From Candidatus Melainabacteria bacterium (lineage in GTDB: Bacteria; Cyanobacteriota; Vampirovibrionia; 2-02-FULL-35-15): 64,000 nt of DNA. The notes beneath the pieces were generated by a model that saw only the letters and a list, made by a program, of their open reading frames with translations, made no database searches and was not told where the DNA came from. Position 1 is the stretch's first letter; every line of letters begins with the position of its first letter. This document shows, one piece after another, positions 31,173 to 41,769 of this stretch. The stretch covers positions 78,963-142,962 of the forward strand of contig JAHFBG010000006.1 of NCBI GenBank assembly GCA_023250155.1, written 5' to 3'. A program made the translations under genes and the position numbers.

Positions 31173-33191
31173 TTATAACCTTCCTTCTGACTTTAATTTT
31201 AGCAATAGTGTATTTATTTCTTCAGGACTGGACGGATGTAATGACTTTAATAATAAATTGTTGATTTCGCTTTCTGTTAATTTTAATACCCCGATCACTT
31301 TAGTTGTAGCATTTACATTGCTAAGTAATGATGTAGATGGTATTGATATAGCACTATCTACGCTTATACTTTCATATCCACCACCACTAGTGATTCCGCC
31401 TACTACAAAGCTTGGATTAATTATTGCATTATTCTTAGAAGGAAGTTCAATTTTAAGATTAGCTGTGTCAAATTCTGTTATTATCAATATTTCACCTTGT
31501 AATCTTTCAATATCACTAATAGTATCTAACCCTAATTTTTTTAAGAGATTTAGTCCTATTAGATCTTTTATTTGTTCAGCATCTGTTAAGAATGTTATGC
31601 CATCTCTGTTTGACAATGGACGAATACCACTCTTTACGTCATCAATTTTAGATTGCAAATCCACCCTTGCCCCCCTCTCAGGCACATAACTTGGTTTTCC
31701 AGTAACTAGGTTTTTACTTACTCTTATGACTTCACTACTCAATCTTTCTTCTTCTACATTTTCTACAAAAACAAACAATAAATCATTTAATTCTGTGTCA
31801 TTTAATGGAATTGTTAGATTATCCCTGTTTATGATTTTTAAGAATGAATCATGAGACTCACCGATTAAGCTTCCTAACCTATCTACTATTTTTGTAGTAT
31901 CTAATTGTCTGGTTTCTAGCCTTTTTGCTAATTCATTTAAAACACTTTTTGCTTCATTTGTTAGTTTTGTGATTAGAACTGAAAAGTTATATAAACCTAT
32001 CTTTTTATGTGTTTGTAGTCCTTCATCTTTTGTTGTGGCTATTTTGTCTAGTGCACTATAGAGTAGTTTTGATAAGTCATTAAGGTTTTGAGTTTTTAAT
32101 TCTTCTATTTGCTTGATGGTTTGTGTGTATTCGTCGAGTGCTAATACAGTAGTGTTTTTTGATGCCCATGCTATTACACCTGATAGTCCAATGAGTTTTG
32201 TGACTTCTCCGAATATATAACCTGCTTTAAATAAACTACTTTCATGTGAATATGATAATAATTGGGTTTTAATAGTGTCAGCTTGTATGGCTATACTGCT
32301 TGCACTAAACTCAGTAAGAATAATGGGTAGAAGTGGATCTACTGTAGTGCTTATAGTAGTTATTGCTCCTGCACCTATGATGAAGGTAAATACTGCACTA
32401 GCTAAGATTGGATTTTCTTTTATTGAATTAAGTAGTTCTTGATTTGATGTTTCTAACCCACGGAGAAAATCATTTAAATCTAAAACAAGCTTTAAATCTT
32501 CTTTACTTGGCTTAAACTCTGTATATGAACAGCTTCCTTGTAATGTGGTTTGATATTTAAGTCTTAAGTATTTTTCTTTGTTTAGACAAGAATCTTTAAT
32601 TAATTTTGCAAGATCTTCATTGAGCTGTGTTGTATAAGTGTTTTCATTTTTGTTTGTGAGATATCCGAAAGTAGAAAGTACGTTTTTAATCTCTCGAATT
32701 GTAATTCTTCTTCCATCTAGGTCAATATTTTCAATATCGAGTAGAGTGGTTTCTTCTTCTGTGTCTTCTTTATTACTATGATCTACCACATATGTTTTTC
32801 TTATTGCATATACTGCTTTTGGATCTGTTAATAAGTCTGTGTTTTCAACAGGTGTTTCCTTTAGTCTTTCCTGTATTATTTTTAACCAGTTGGGATTTCT
32901 TTTTACTATTAGTTCAAAAGTATCTGCTTCTTTTGGAATGCAGTTATTGTAAGAGATGGTTTTAGTTAGTTGTTTTGGGCTTGTGAAATTCACTTCATCA
33001 GGAAATGTACAAGTAGGATTGATCGTTCCTTTGTCTGGAACAATATCTACAAGTAGTCCTGAACCAGCTTTAAGGAGAGTATTTGTAGATAAGGTTACTT
33101 CAAAATCAAAATAATCATCAGATGAAGCAAAAGCTAATATTGGATTCACCGACAATAAAACAATAAATAAAATTGTAATTATTTTTCTCAT
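31173..33191 (-). CDS. Large secreted hypothetical protein (672 aa) with central hydrophobic helices
   Basis: Signal peptide IITILFIVLLSVNPILAFA. Hydrophobic segments ILASAVFTFIIGAGAITTI and LIGLSGVIAWA. The C-terminal ~180 aa contain VVGGITSGGGYE. No confident family. Confidence 0.6.
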   Translation of the reverse strand: MRKIITILFIVLLSVNPILAFASSDDYFDFEVTLSTNTLLKAGSGLLVDIVPDKGTINPTCTFPDEVNFTSPKQLTKTISYNNCIPKEADTFELIVKRNPNWLKIIQERLKETPVENTDLLTDPKAVYAIRKTYVVDHSNKEDTEEETTLLDIENIDLDGRRITIREIKNVLSTFGYLTNKNENTYTTQLNEDLAKLIKDSCLNKEKYLRLKYQTTLQGSCSYTEFKPSKEDLKLVLDLNDFLRGLETSNQELLNSIKENPILASAVFTFIIGAGAITTISTTVDPLLPIILTEFSASSIAIQADTIKTQLLSYSHESSLFKAGYIFGEVTKLIGLSGVIAWASKNTTVLALDEYTQTIKQIEELKTQNLNDLSKLLYSALDKIATTKDEGLQTHKKIGLYNFSVLITKLTNEAKSVLNELAKRLETRQLDTTKIVDRLGSLIGESHDSFLKIINRDNLTIPLNDTELNDLLFVFVENVEEERLSSEVIRVSKNLVTGKPSYVPERGARVDLQSKIDDVKSGIRPLSNRDGITFLTDAEQIKDLIGLNLLKKLGLDTISDIERLQGEILIITEFDTANLKIELPSKNNAIINPSFVVGGITSGGGYESISVDSAISIPSTSLLSNVNATTKVIGVLKLTESEINNLLLKSLHPSSPEEINTLLLKLKSEGRL

Positions 33192-33265
33192 CTGTAATCA
33201 TTGAAGCAAATAAGAAATATTTTTTGTAGCAGGTAAAGTAGGTGATTTGGTTAAAGGAAGTCGGA

Positions 33266-33288
33266 GGTTGTAACCGCCGGTTACAACC
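33266..33288. promoter_or_regulatory. Perfect palindrome GGTTGTAACC-GCC-GGTTACAACC upstream of the PIN-like gene
   Basis: 10-bp exact inverted arms. Followed by a second hairpin, GGCATCACATTTTGTGATACC. Possible operator. Confidence 0.4.
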
Positions 33289-33336
33289 AAGGCATCACAT
33301 TTTGTGATACCTTAAGATTTTTGATACAATTACCAT

Positions 33337-33807
33337 ATGTATAAGAAGCTAAAACTTTATATTGATACATCTATCTGGAATCTTGCTCTTGAACATGATA
33401 GAGATGAGTATTCACTAACTCATGATTTTCTAGAAGTTTATAGTCATAGTAAAAACAGTTTGCTTATATCAGAAGTGGTTGAGATTGAAATTAATAGGGC
33501 TTATGATACTAGGCGTAAACAATTGTTAAAGCTAATTGAAAGATATAAACCAGAAGTTTTGATTCCTACTAATGAAGCATATAGCTTGGCTAAGATTTAT
33601 ATTACTGAAGATTTAATGCCAGCTAGTGCTATAAATGATGCTATTCATATTGCAATAGCTAGTTTAAACCACTGTGATTTTATTGTCTCATGGAATTTTA
33701 AACATATTGTTAGGGCTAAAACTATTAAAGGTGTACATGTGATCAATTTACGAGAAGGTTATAGTTTAATTGAGATTGTTTCACCTAGAGAATTTATTTC
33801 ACAATAA
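33337..33807 (+). CDS. PIN-like domain protein (putative toxin)
   Basis: LYIDTSIWN at the N-terminus and NDAIHIAIASLNHCDFIVSWNFKHIV near the C-terminus resemble a PIN-like family (D...DA.HiA.A...D.lvSWNfKHi). Confidence 0.55.
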   Translation: MYKKLKLYIDTSIWNLALEHDRDEYSLTHDFLEVYSHSKNSLLISEVVEIEINRAYDTRRKQLLKLIERYKPEVLIPTNEAYSLAKIYITEDLMPASAINDAIHIAIASLNHCDFIVSWNFKHIVRAKTIKGVHVINLREGYSLIEIVSPREFISQ

Positions 33808-33817
33808 GGAGAAAAAT

Positions 33818-33976
33818 ATGAGAAAAAAAGAACAGGATCCACTTGCTGAATTGCATAAAATAAGAAAAGAAATCTATAATGAAACAAAACATCTATCTGC
33901 TGCTGAATATGTAAAATATATTAGAAAAGAAGCAGAGAAGTATAAGAAATCATCAAAGAAGAAAAAAACCGCTTAA
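33818..33976 (+). CDS. Small lysine-rich protein, putative partner of the PIN-like protein
   Basis: SD AAGGAGAAAAAT before ATG 33818. DPLAELHKIRKEIYNETKHLSAAEY resembles small proteins that I recall beside this PIN-like family. Confidence 0.45.
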   Translation: MRKKEQDPLAELHKIRKEIYNETKHLSAAEYVKYIRKEAEKYKKSSKKKKTA

Positions 33977-33984
33977 AAAATTTT

Positions 33985-35313
33985 GTGACTATACAATTAC
34001 ATCTTGCAAAAGTTATAATGCCTATTTCATCTTGTCCCATTATTGATGGTGCACTATTAGTAGAAGACTCTAAAATCTTAAAAGTAGGTAGGCAAGAAGA
34101 TTTTGGAGATTACAAAGATAAAAAAAACAAAAATTATAAAGTTGTAGATCATAAAGATTCACTTATTTGTCCTGGGTTTATAAATCTGCATACACACTTG
34201 CTTTATTCAGGTCTGACTGGTTTAGATGGGACTAATGGTTTGTTTCCTTGGCTAGAAAGCTTGATAGATTTTGTATCAAGCTGGCAGGAAGAGGATTATA
34301 AAAAATCCATACGATATGGAATAAAAGAAGCTATTGAATCAGGTACTACATACATTGTAGAGAATACACCAAGTGATTTAAGCATAGTAGAGCTTGGGAA
34401 TAGCCCACTTAAAGCCTTAGCTGGAATAGAGATATTTGGTTCAGATGAAATACTTGCAAAAGAAATATTTAACTTTGCAAAAGAGAACCTGGAATCTATA
34501 CAAAACAAATTTCAAAAACATAAAAACCTTGATTTTACATTTTCTCCACATGCACCATATGATGTCTCAATTTCACTTTGGAGAGAATTATTAAACTGGT
34601 CACAAAAAAATAATAAACCTCTTTTAACTCATCTTGAAGAATCTCCTCAGGAAAAACTGTGGTGGAATGAGAAGAGTGGACCAGCGCTTAGTTTTTGGGA
34701 AAAGATAAATACATTAGAACCAAAATTAAAAAACTGGAAAAAATATAACTCAGGTATTAGTTTTTTACAGAAAAATAATTTGTTAAGTGAGAATATTATT
34801 GCAGCTCACCTTTGTCAGGCTTCAGGTGAAGAGCTAAAAAAATTGAAAGAAAATAATATTAATCTTGTTCACTGTCCAAGAAGCAACTCATATTTAAATA
34901 ACGGAACAAGTAATTTAAAACTTTGGAATGATTTAGGTCTTATATGGGGAATTGGGACTGATAGCATTGCCAGCAACTATAGCTTGGATTTGCTTAGTGA
35001 ATTAAGGTATACAATTAAATTGCAAGAACAAGTTTTTAACTATAAGCTACCTACTATAGATGCCATTAAGGCTATTACCTATAATGCTGCAAAAATCTTA
35101 TCTAAAGAAAATGAAATTGGTTCCTTAAAAGAGGGAAATTGTGCTGATTTGTTAGTTTATAACATAGAAAAACAATCTGAATATACTAATAATAGTTTGT
35201 ATGATTTACTTGTACGGGACATTGACAATAAAAAGGATCTTAAAGAAGTGTGGATTAATGGGGAAATAATTTGGCAAAGAAAACATCTTGTAGATAAAAT
35301 ACATAAAATATAA
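33985..35313 (+). CDS. Amidohydrolase-family metallo-hydrolase (nucleobase/nucleoside deaminase-like)
   Basis: PGFINLHTHL (HxH), HLEES, AAHL and GTDS motifs of the amidohydrolase superfamily. GTG at 33985 or ATG at 34018 as start. Confidence 0.7.
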   Translation: MTIQLHLAKVIMPISSCPIIDGALLVEDSKILKVGRQEDFGDYKDKKNKNYKVVDHKDSLICPGFINLHTHLLYSGLTGLDGTNGLFPWLESLIDFVSSWQEEDYKKSIRYGIKEAIESGTTYIVENTPSDLSIVELGNSPLKALAGIEIFGSDEILAKEIFNFAKENLESIQNKFQKHKNLDFTFSPHAPYDVSISLWRELLNWSQKNNKPLLTHLEESPQEKLWWNEKSGPALSFWEKINTLEPKLKNWKKYNSGISFLQKNNLLSENIIAAHLCQASGEELKKLKENNINLVHCPRSNSYLNNGTSNLKLWNDLGLIWGIGTDSIASNYSLDLLSELRYTIKLQEQVFNYKLPTIDAIKAITYNAAKILSKENEIGSLKEGNCADLLVYNIEKQSEYTNNSLYDLLVRDIDNKKDLKEVWINGEIIWQRKHLVDKIHKI

Positions 35314-35317
35314 CGAT

Positions 35318-36337
35318 ATGCTGTGTGTAACTTACGATAAAAAAAATAAATTAAAACTTACAGAATTACCATCTCCTACAATTGATTCTGATGAAGCTCT
35401 GTTAAAGGTAGATGTTTGTGGAGTTTGTGGATCAGATCTTGTAAAGATCAAGCAAGGGCTTGTTCCTGATGGAACAGTTCTTGGACATGAGGTTGTAGGC
35501 ACTATTGTAGAAGTCGGTAGAAATGTTAGAAAATGGTCTACCTCTCAAAAAGTAGTAGTAGCTCATCATGTACCATGTTTAAACTGTTATTTCTGTAAAA
35601 GCGGAAACTTTTCAATGTGCTCTCAATTTAAAAATACAAACCTAATTCCAGGCGGGTTTGCAGAGTATATAAAACTTTCAAAAGCACATCTTGAACAAAA
35701 CACTTTTTTGATTCCAAAAGGTACAGTATCAGATCATGAAATAGCCATGACTGAACCTTTAGCGTGTTGTCTAAGAGCTGTTAATAGGGCAAAAGTAAGC
35801 ACAAGTAATATTGCATTAGTAATAGGTCTTGGCTCAATTGGATTTATGCTTGGTAAATTGTGTATAAATAGAGGTGCACATACATTTGGAATCGATCTTT
35901 TAGAAGAAAGAATAAAGCTTGCTAAAGAAACACTATCAATTCATGATGGGTATAAGGCTGATTCACAGGAATTAAAATCTTGGATTTTAAATAAAACTGA
36001 AGGACGTGGTGTAGATATAGTATTTCTTTCCAGTGGAAGTGAAAAAAGCTTAGAACCTGCTCTTGGACTAATTAGACCAGGAGGAAAAATCGTTGTATTT
36101 TCTAGTATTCCCAAAGAACTTGGATTTTATAACAATGAGATTTATTATAGAGAACTATCTATTATAGGTAGTTACTCCCCATCCCCAATTGCTTTAAAAG
36201 AAGCTTATCAGTTAATCATCACAGGAAAAATCAAACTTAAAAATTTAATTACAGATGTGGTTTCATTAAAAGAATTTCCAACAGCAATTGAACGATGCTT
36301 TAATAATAAGTCTTTAAAGATGATGGTAGAAACATAG
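35318..36337 (+). CDS. Zinc-dependent alcohol/threonine dehydrogenase family oxidoreductase
   Basis: CGVCGSDL, GHEVVGTIVEVG, the structural-zinc Cys cluster CLNCYFCKSGNFSMC, and GLGSIG Rossmann motifs. Confidence 0.8.
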   Translation: MLCVTYDKKNKLKLTELPSPTIDSDEALLKVDVCGVCGSDLVKIKQGLVPDGTVLGHEVVGTIVEVGRNVRKWSTSQKVVVAHHVPCLNCYFCKSGNFSMCSQFKNTNLIPGGFAEYIKLSKAHLEQNTFLIPKGTVSDHEIAMTEPLACCLRAVNRAKVSTSNIALVIGLGSIGFMLGKLCINRGAHTFGIDLLEERIKLAKETLSIHDGYKADSQELKSWILNKTEGRGVDIVFLSSGSEKSLEPALGLIRPGGKIVVFSSIPKELGFYNNEIYYRELSIIGSYSPSPIALKEAYQLIITGKIKLKNLITDVVSLKEFPTAIERCFNNKSLKMMVET

Positions 36338-36356
36338 AGAGCGATTAATCGCTCTC
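36337..36356. terminator. Perfect hairpin GAGAGCGA-TTAA-TCGCTCTC between convergent genes
   Basis: 8-bp GC-rich stem in a 22-nt gap between convergent stops. No U-tract, so function is uncertain. Confidence 0.4.
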
Positions 36357-36359
36357 CTA

Positions 36360-37895
36360 CTAGTCTTTATAATAAATTAACAGTGCATTACTGATCTTTC
36401 TTTCATGTCTCTCACTAAGCGTGTTTATGATTTTTTTATCTACCACAAGAGTAGTAGAACCCCCACCGTCTAGATTGATAGCGTTTTTTAAATTTAACTT
36501 GTTTAACATTTCTGCAAGCTCTTGTAATGTAACTCCTACAGAATAACCACTCCTTCTTCCATCAACTGCAATTAAAAATAAATTTCCTGCATTGTCGACT
36601 CCTGCTGCACTTCTTGGTGCATAGGTATCTTTATTAGCAAATTTAAAATGCTGGGCATGGAGATCTACAAAGACTTCTCCATTTTTTATAAGATAAGGTC
36701 CACCACTTACAGCTTCAGCTATATCTGACCAGTCAGGAGTGCTGTTCCATACAATTCCTAGGTGATCTTTTTTCTTTAAATAATTTAAAACATATTTCCT
36801 ATCACTAACTAAAACATATCCATCTTTTGGAATTTCAGCTATATCAGATGATATTTTTTTTACATTATCATCTCTTACAATTACGCCAACTTTATCTTTT
36901 GGCAAAACGATTTTATTGTCCCAATTCAATGTATATAAACCCACTTTTTTATATAGCGAGAATGGAATATTTAACCCGTCTATTTCAAACTTGCTAAAAG
37001 GTTTCTTTCTGAACCCCCGATAAATAGTCACATCTCCCAGTAACATTACTTGATCTATATAAACCATATTGTCTTTTGAGAATCCTATTGCTGCTCTGTC
37101 ATAAACAGGTCCGATTAGCCATGTACTATCTGTAATAAGTGTTCCTAAAGGATTCCCTACTTTTACATCAAAATAATTTGCATTTATACCAGCATATGCT
37201 TTTTTCTTTTTTACAATGTTTGAAAGAGTGTCTTTGAACTTGATTTTGTCTTCATCAGGAAATCCCACCTTAACGGAAATATTTTTCCTTGAAAGATCTA
37301 TTTCTAGTACATGAGCAATTACAGGACCTCTGTTATTTACTGTTCTTATCAAATGTCTTTTTATTCCAGGTTTTAAATATGATGTTTCTTTGTTGAAAAA
37401 TTTTCTAGGGAGTTCTAAAACCAGTGCTGGTGGTTTTTCTTGAGAGATTAAATTTACTGGTGTATAGTATGGTCTTTTAATTTCAAAGAGTGTTTTATTT
37501 GGCTCTTTTTTCCAAGTTACTTTTTTTACAAAGCCTTCTTGAGTTATATTAAACAAGTTTGTTGGTTTTATTTCATTGTCTAATTCTTGTTTCTTGCTTA
37601 AAATATTCCAGATGCTTTTTTTTGTTTCCTCATAGTCAGCATTTACTTCAAAAGACACAGTTTCTAAAGTAGCCATTATGGGTGGGAGTTTTTCTAGTGG
37701 AAACATTAAATCTAAAACAATTTTTGAGCTGTTGTTATCCTGGACTAATTGGACTTTTGTTATTTTATTTTTTAATTTAGAAATTGTAGTTTCTTGGTTT
37801 GAAGGAGTTTCAGCAAATACATAACCATTAAGATTTATACTTAACAAAAAACATAATGAAAGTAAGAAAGCTTTCTTTGTCATCAATTCTTGCAA
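36360..37895 (-). CDS. Phosphodiester glycosidase family protein (DUF2233) with N-terminal AMIN-like domain
   Basis: The C-terminal AINLDGGGSTTLV and PRSAAGVD motifs are typical of DUF2233/NAGPA-like proteins. Signal peptide present. Confidence 0.7.
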   Translation of the reverse strand: MQELMTKKAFLLSLCFLLSINLNGYVFAETPSNQETTISKLKNKITKVQLVQDNNSSKIVLDLMFPLEKLPPIMATLETVSFEVNADYEETKKSIWNILSKKQELDNEIKPTNLFNITQEGFVKKVTWKKEPNKTLFEIKRPYYTPVNLISQEKPPALVLELPRKFFNKETSYLKPGIKRHLIRTVNNRGPVIAHVLEIDLSRKNISVKVGFPDEDKIKFKDTLSNIVKKKKAYAGINANYFDVKVGNPLGTLITDSTWLIGPVYDRAAIGFSKDNMVYIDQVMLLGDVTIYRGFRKKPFSKFEIDGLNIPFSLYKKVGLYTLNWDNKIVLPKDKVGVIVRDDNVKKISSDIAEIPKDGYVLVSDRKYVLNYLKKKDHLGIVWNSTPDWSDIAEAVSGGPYLIKNGEVFVDLHAQHFKFANKDTYAPRSAAGVDNAGNLFLIAVDGRRSGYSVGVTLQELAEMLNKLNLKNAINLDGGGSTTLVVDKKIINTLSERHERKISNALLIYYKD

Positions 37896-39163
37896 ACTAC
37901 TTTTCCATTTACTATTGTATAAACAGGCTTGCCTTTTAGTTTACGCATATGAAATGGAGAATTTTTTGATTTTGATAAAGAAGAGCTAACATCATAGGTC
38001 CAGGAATGATTTGGATCGATAATAGTGACATCTGCAATTTCATTTATAGATATAGATCCTCTGGGAATATCTAAAACAGTTGCAGGATTTACTGTAAGCT
38101 TTCTAAGAAAATCTAGAGCAGAGAGTTTCTTTGTATGATAAAAAACTTCAAGGTATAAAGCTAATGCAGTTTCAAACCCAATGATCCCAAAAGGTGCTTC
38201 TACCATTGATCTCGATTTTTCTTCATGTGTATGTGGTGCATGATCAGTAGCAAAGGTATCTAATGTACCATCTAAAACACCTTTGAATAAAGCTTCCTGG
38301 TCTTCTTTGGAACGTAATGGAGGATTCATTTTTTTGTTTGGATTAAAATCTTGAATGTCTTCATCAGTTAAAACAAGATGGTGAGGAGTAACTTCAGCAG
38401 TCACTCTTAAACCTTCTTTTTTAGCATTGCGAATTAAATTAACTGCTTCTTTTGTACTAACATGAGCGAAATGTATTTTTCCTTTAGTTTGTCTTACTAG
38501 CTCTATTTCACGAGATACACAAACAGCTTCGCTGCTGGATGGTATGCCTGGTATTCCAAGTTTTGTAGACCAGAAGCCTTCATGCACTGCTCCACCACAA
38601 CATAGTTTTGAGTCTTCTGCATGGCTAATAATATTTGCATTTATTATCTGAGCATATTCCAAAGCACTTCTTAAAAGTCGTAAGTTTTCAATTGGTTTTC
38701 CATCATCTGAAAAACCTATCGCACCGCTGGCTTTAAGTTCTTCAAATGGTGTAAGCTCTTCTTGTTTTAGTCCTTTTGTAACGGCTGCGATTTGAAAGAT
38801 ATTAACACAACCAACTTTTTGATTTGTTTTGTTTACGTATTCTACAAGTGCTGCTGAGTCAATTGGTGGGTGAGTGTTTGCCATAGGACAGATACTAGTG
38901 AATCCCCCTTTTGCAGCAGCTTTAGTTCCTGTTTCAATGGTTTCTTTTTCTGGTTGTCCTGGGTCACGTAGATGGCAGTGAATATCAATTAAGCCAGGCA
39001 CTACCCAGAAGTCTTTAGCATCAATGATTTGAGTAGAGCCGTTTGAATTGATTTCTTTTTTTAAATCAACAATTTTCCCATCACTAATAAGTACATCTAA
39101 AACTTCGTCGATATTTGTTTTAGGATTTATGTATCGTCCATTTTTTATAAGCAATTTACTCAT
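37883..39163 (-). CDS. pyrC: Dihydroorotase
   Basis: DIHCHLRDPG, GGFTS, FSDDG and ATDHAPH motifs. Confidence 0.9.
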   Translation of the reverse strand: MSKLLIKNGRYINPKTNIDEVLDVLISDGKIVDLKKEINSNGSTQIIDAKDFWVVPGLIDIHCHLRDPGQPEKETIETGTKAAAKGGFTSICPMANTHPPIDSAALVEYVNKTNQKVGCVNIFQIAAVTKGLKQEELTPFEELKASGAIGFSDDGKPIENLRLLRSALEYAQIINANIISHAEDSKLCCGGAVHEGFWSTKLGIPGIPSSSEAVCVSREIELVRQTKGKIHFAHVSTKEAVNLIRNAKKEGLRVTAEVTPHHLVLTDEDIQDFNPNKKMNPPLRSKEDQEALFKGVLDGTLDTFATDHAPHTHEEKSRSMVEAPFGIIGFETALALYLEVFYHTKKLSALDFLRKLTVNPATVLDIPRGSISINEIADVTIIDPNHSWTYDVSSSLSKSKNSPFHMRKLKGKPVYTIVNGKVVCKN

Positions 39164-39209
39164 TTATTTTAACCTTATTAAACTATAATCGTTTAAAATA
39201 TTAGCATAG

Positions 39210-40373
<1,164 letters not shown>

Positions 40374-40403
40374 AAGTCTAGTAATACTGCATAATAAGTT
40401 CTT

Positions 40404-41759
40404 ATGAAGAATAAATTGTTTAGATTAAATTTCCATTGGTTATTTGTAGCCATAATATTCTTTTTAAATTTTAATTTTGTGCTTGCTCAAACAGGAGCAA
40501 ATAAAATAACTTCAATTGTTTGGGAAAATAATGCTTTAACAATTAATACAACAAATCAAATTGCATATACGGAAACTAGAATTAAAGAACCTGACAGGGT
40601 CGTAATTGATATATTAAACTGTTCGCTAGAAAATAAAACATTAGCTAAAAGTTTTCAAAGTGAATCAGATGAAACTATTTCTATTTCTGAACCAGCTCTT
40701 GAACATGTACGAATTGTGTTTTCTGGTACAGCTTCAATAAATAGAAAATCCTACCTTACAAACAATGAAAAAACCTTAATAACTAGAATTGCAAGAATTG
40801 ATGATGTATCAGAAGAAAAAATCGTTGAAAATTCTGAACAAACGACACTAGAAAAAATTGTACCTGGAAATTTAAAAGAGATAATTGTAAAAGAGGATGA
40901 TGATAAAACTAAAGTATTGATTACAGCTACAAAACCAATCAAGTTTAATACTTACCCATTAAAAAACCCAGACAGATTAGCAATTGACCTTTTGAATATA
41001 TTACCTCCTGACAAGCCGCTTCCTACGCACAATCCAACACCTTTTATATCCAGTATACGTATTGGTCGTGCAGCCAGTGGTTTAGCTGCAACAAGAGTAG
41101 TCATTGATCTCTTAAAACCTAATACTGGATTTGATATTGATACAAATTTATTGGGGACAAAAATAGAAATTGAATTTAAAACGATTAAGGAAAAAGAAGA
41201 AACTAAAAAGAAACCAGGGTTTAAAGTTATTATTGATCCTGGGCATGGTGGATATGATACTGGTGCAAGCTACGGTGGCTTTGAAGAAAAGGATGTTAAT
41301 CTTATAATTTCAAATAAGCTAAAAGCTAGTCTTGAAGATTATGGTATTACTGTGTTTCTCACAAGGGAGGACGATAGCTTTCTTTCATTAGCTGAAAGGA
41401 CTGATATTACAAATAGCATAAAACCAAATGTATTTATAAGTATTCATGGAAATGCATTGGTGACTTCAAAGGTGATTAGGGGTGTTGAAACTTATTATTG
41501 GACAAGTCAAAGCCAAAAATTAGCATCATATGTACATAAGAGCATATTAAATCATATAGATATTCCAGATCATTTTATTAGAAGGGCACAGTTTTATGTC
41601 ATACGGCATACACCAGTACCGGCTATACTTGCTGAGTTAGGATTTCTTAGTAACCATGATGATAGAAAACTCTTAACAAATTCAACTACACAAGACCAGT
41701 ATGCAAAAGCTTTAACAGAAGCTATACTTAAATTCTTGGAGATTGAGAAGAAAGATTAG
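40404..41759 (+). CDS. amiC: N-acetylmuramoyl-L-alanine amidase (Amidase_3) with two AMIN-like domains
   Basis: IIDPGHGGYDTGA, SIHGNA and ELGFLSN motifs. Signal peptide present. Confidence 0.85.
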   Translation: MKNKLFRLNFHWLFVAIIFFLNFNFVLAQTGANKITSIVWENNALTINTTNQIAYTETRIKEPDRVVIDILNCSLENKTLAKSFQSESDETISISEPALEHVRIVFSGTASINRKSYLTNNEKTLITRIARIDDVSEEKIVENSEQTTLEKIVPGNLKEIIVKEDDDKTKVLITATKPIKFNTYPLKNPDRLAIDLLNILPPDKPLPTHNPTPFISSIRIGRAASGLAATRVVIDLLKPNTGFDIDTNLLGTKIEIEFKTIKEKEETKKKPGFKVIIDPGHGGYDTGASYGGFEEKDVNLIISNKLKASLEDYGITVFLTREDDSFLSLAERTDITNSIKPNVFISIHGNALVTSKVIRGVETYYWTSQSQKLASYVHKSILNHIDIPDHFIRRAQFYVIRHTPVPAILAELGFLSNHDDRKLLTNSTTQDQYAKALTEAILKFLEIEKKD

Positions 41760-41769
41760 AGATCCATTA

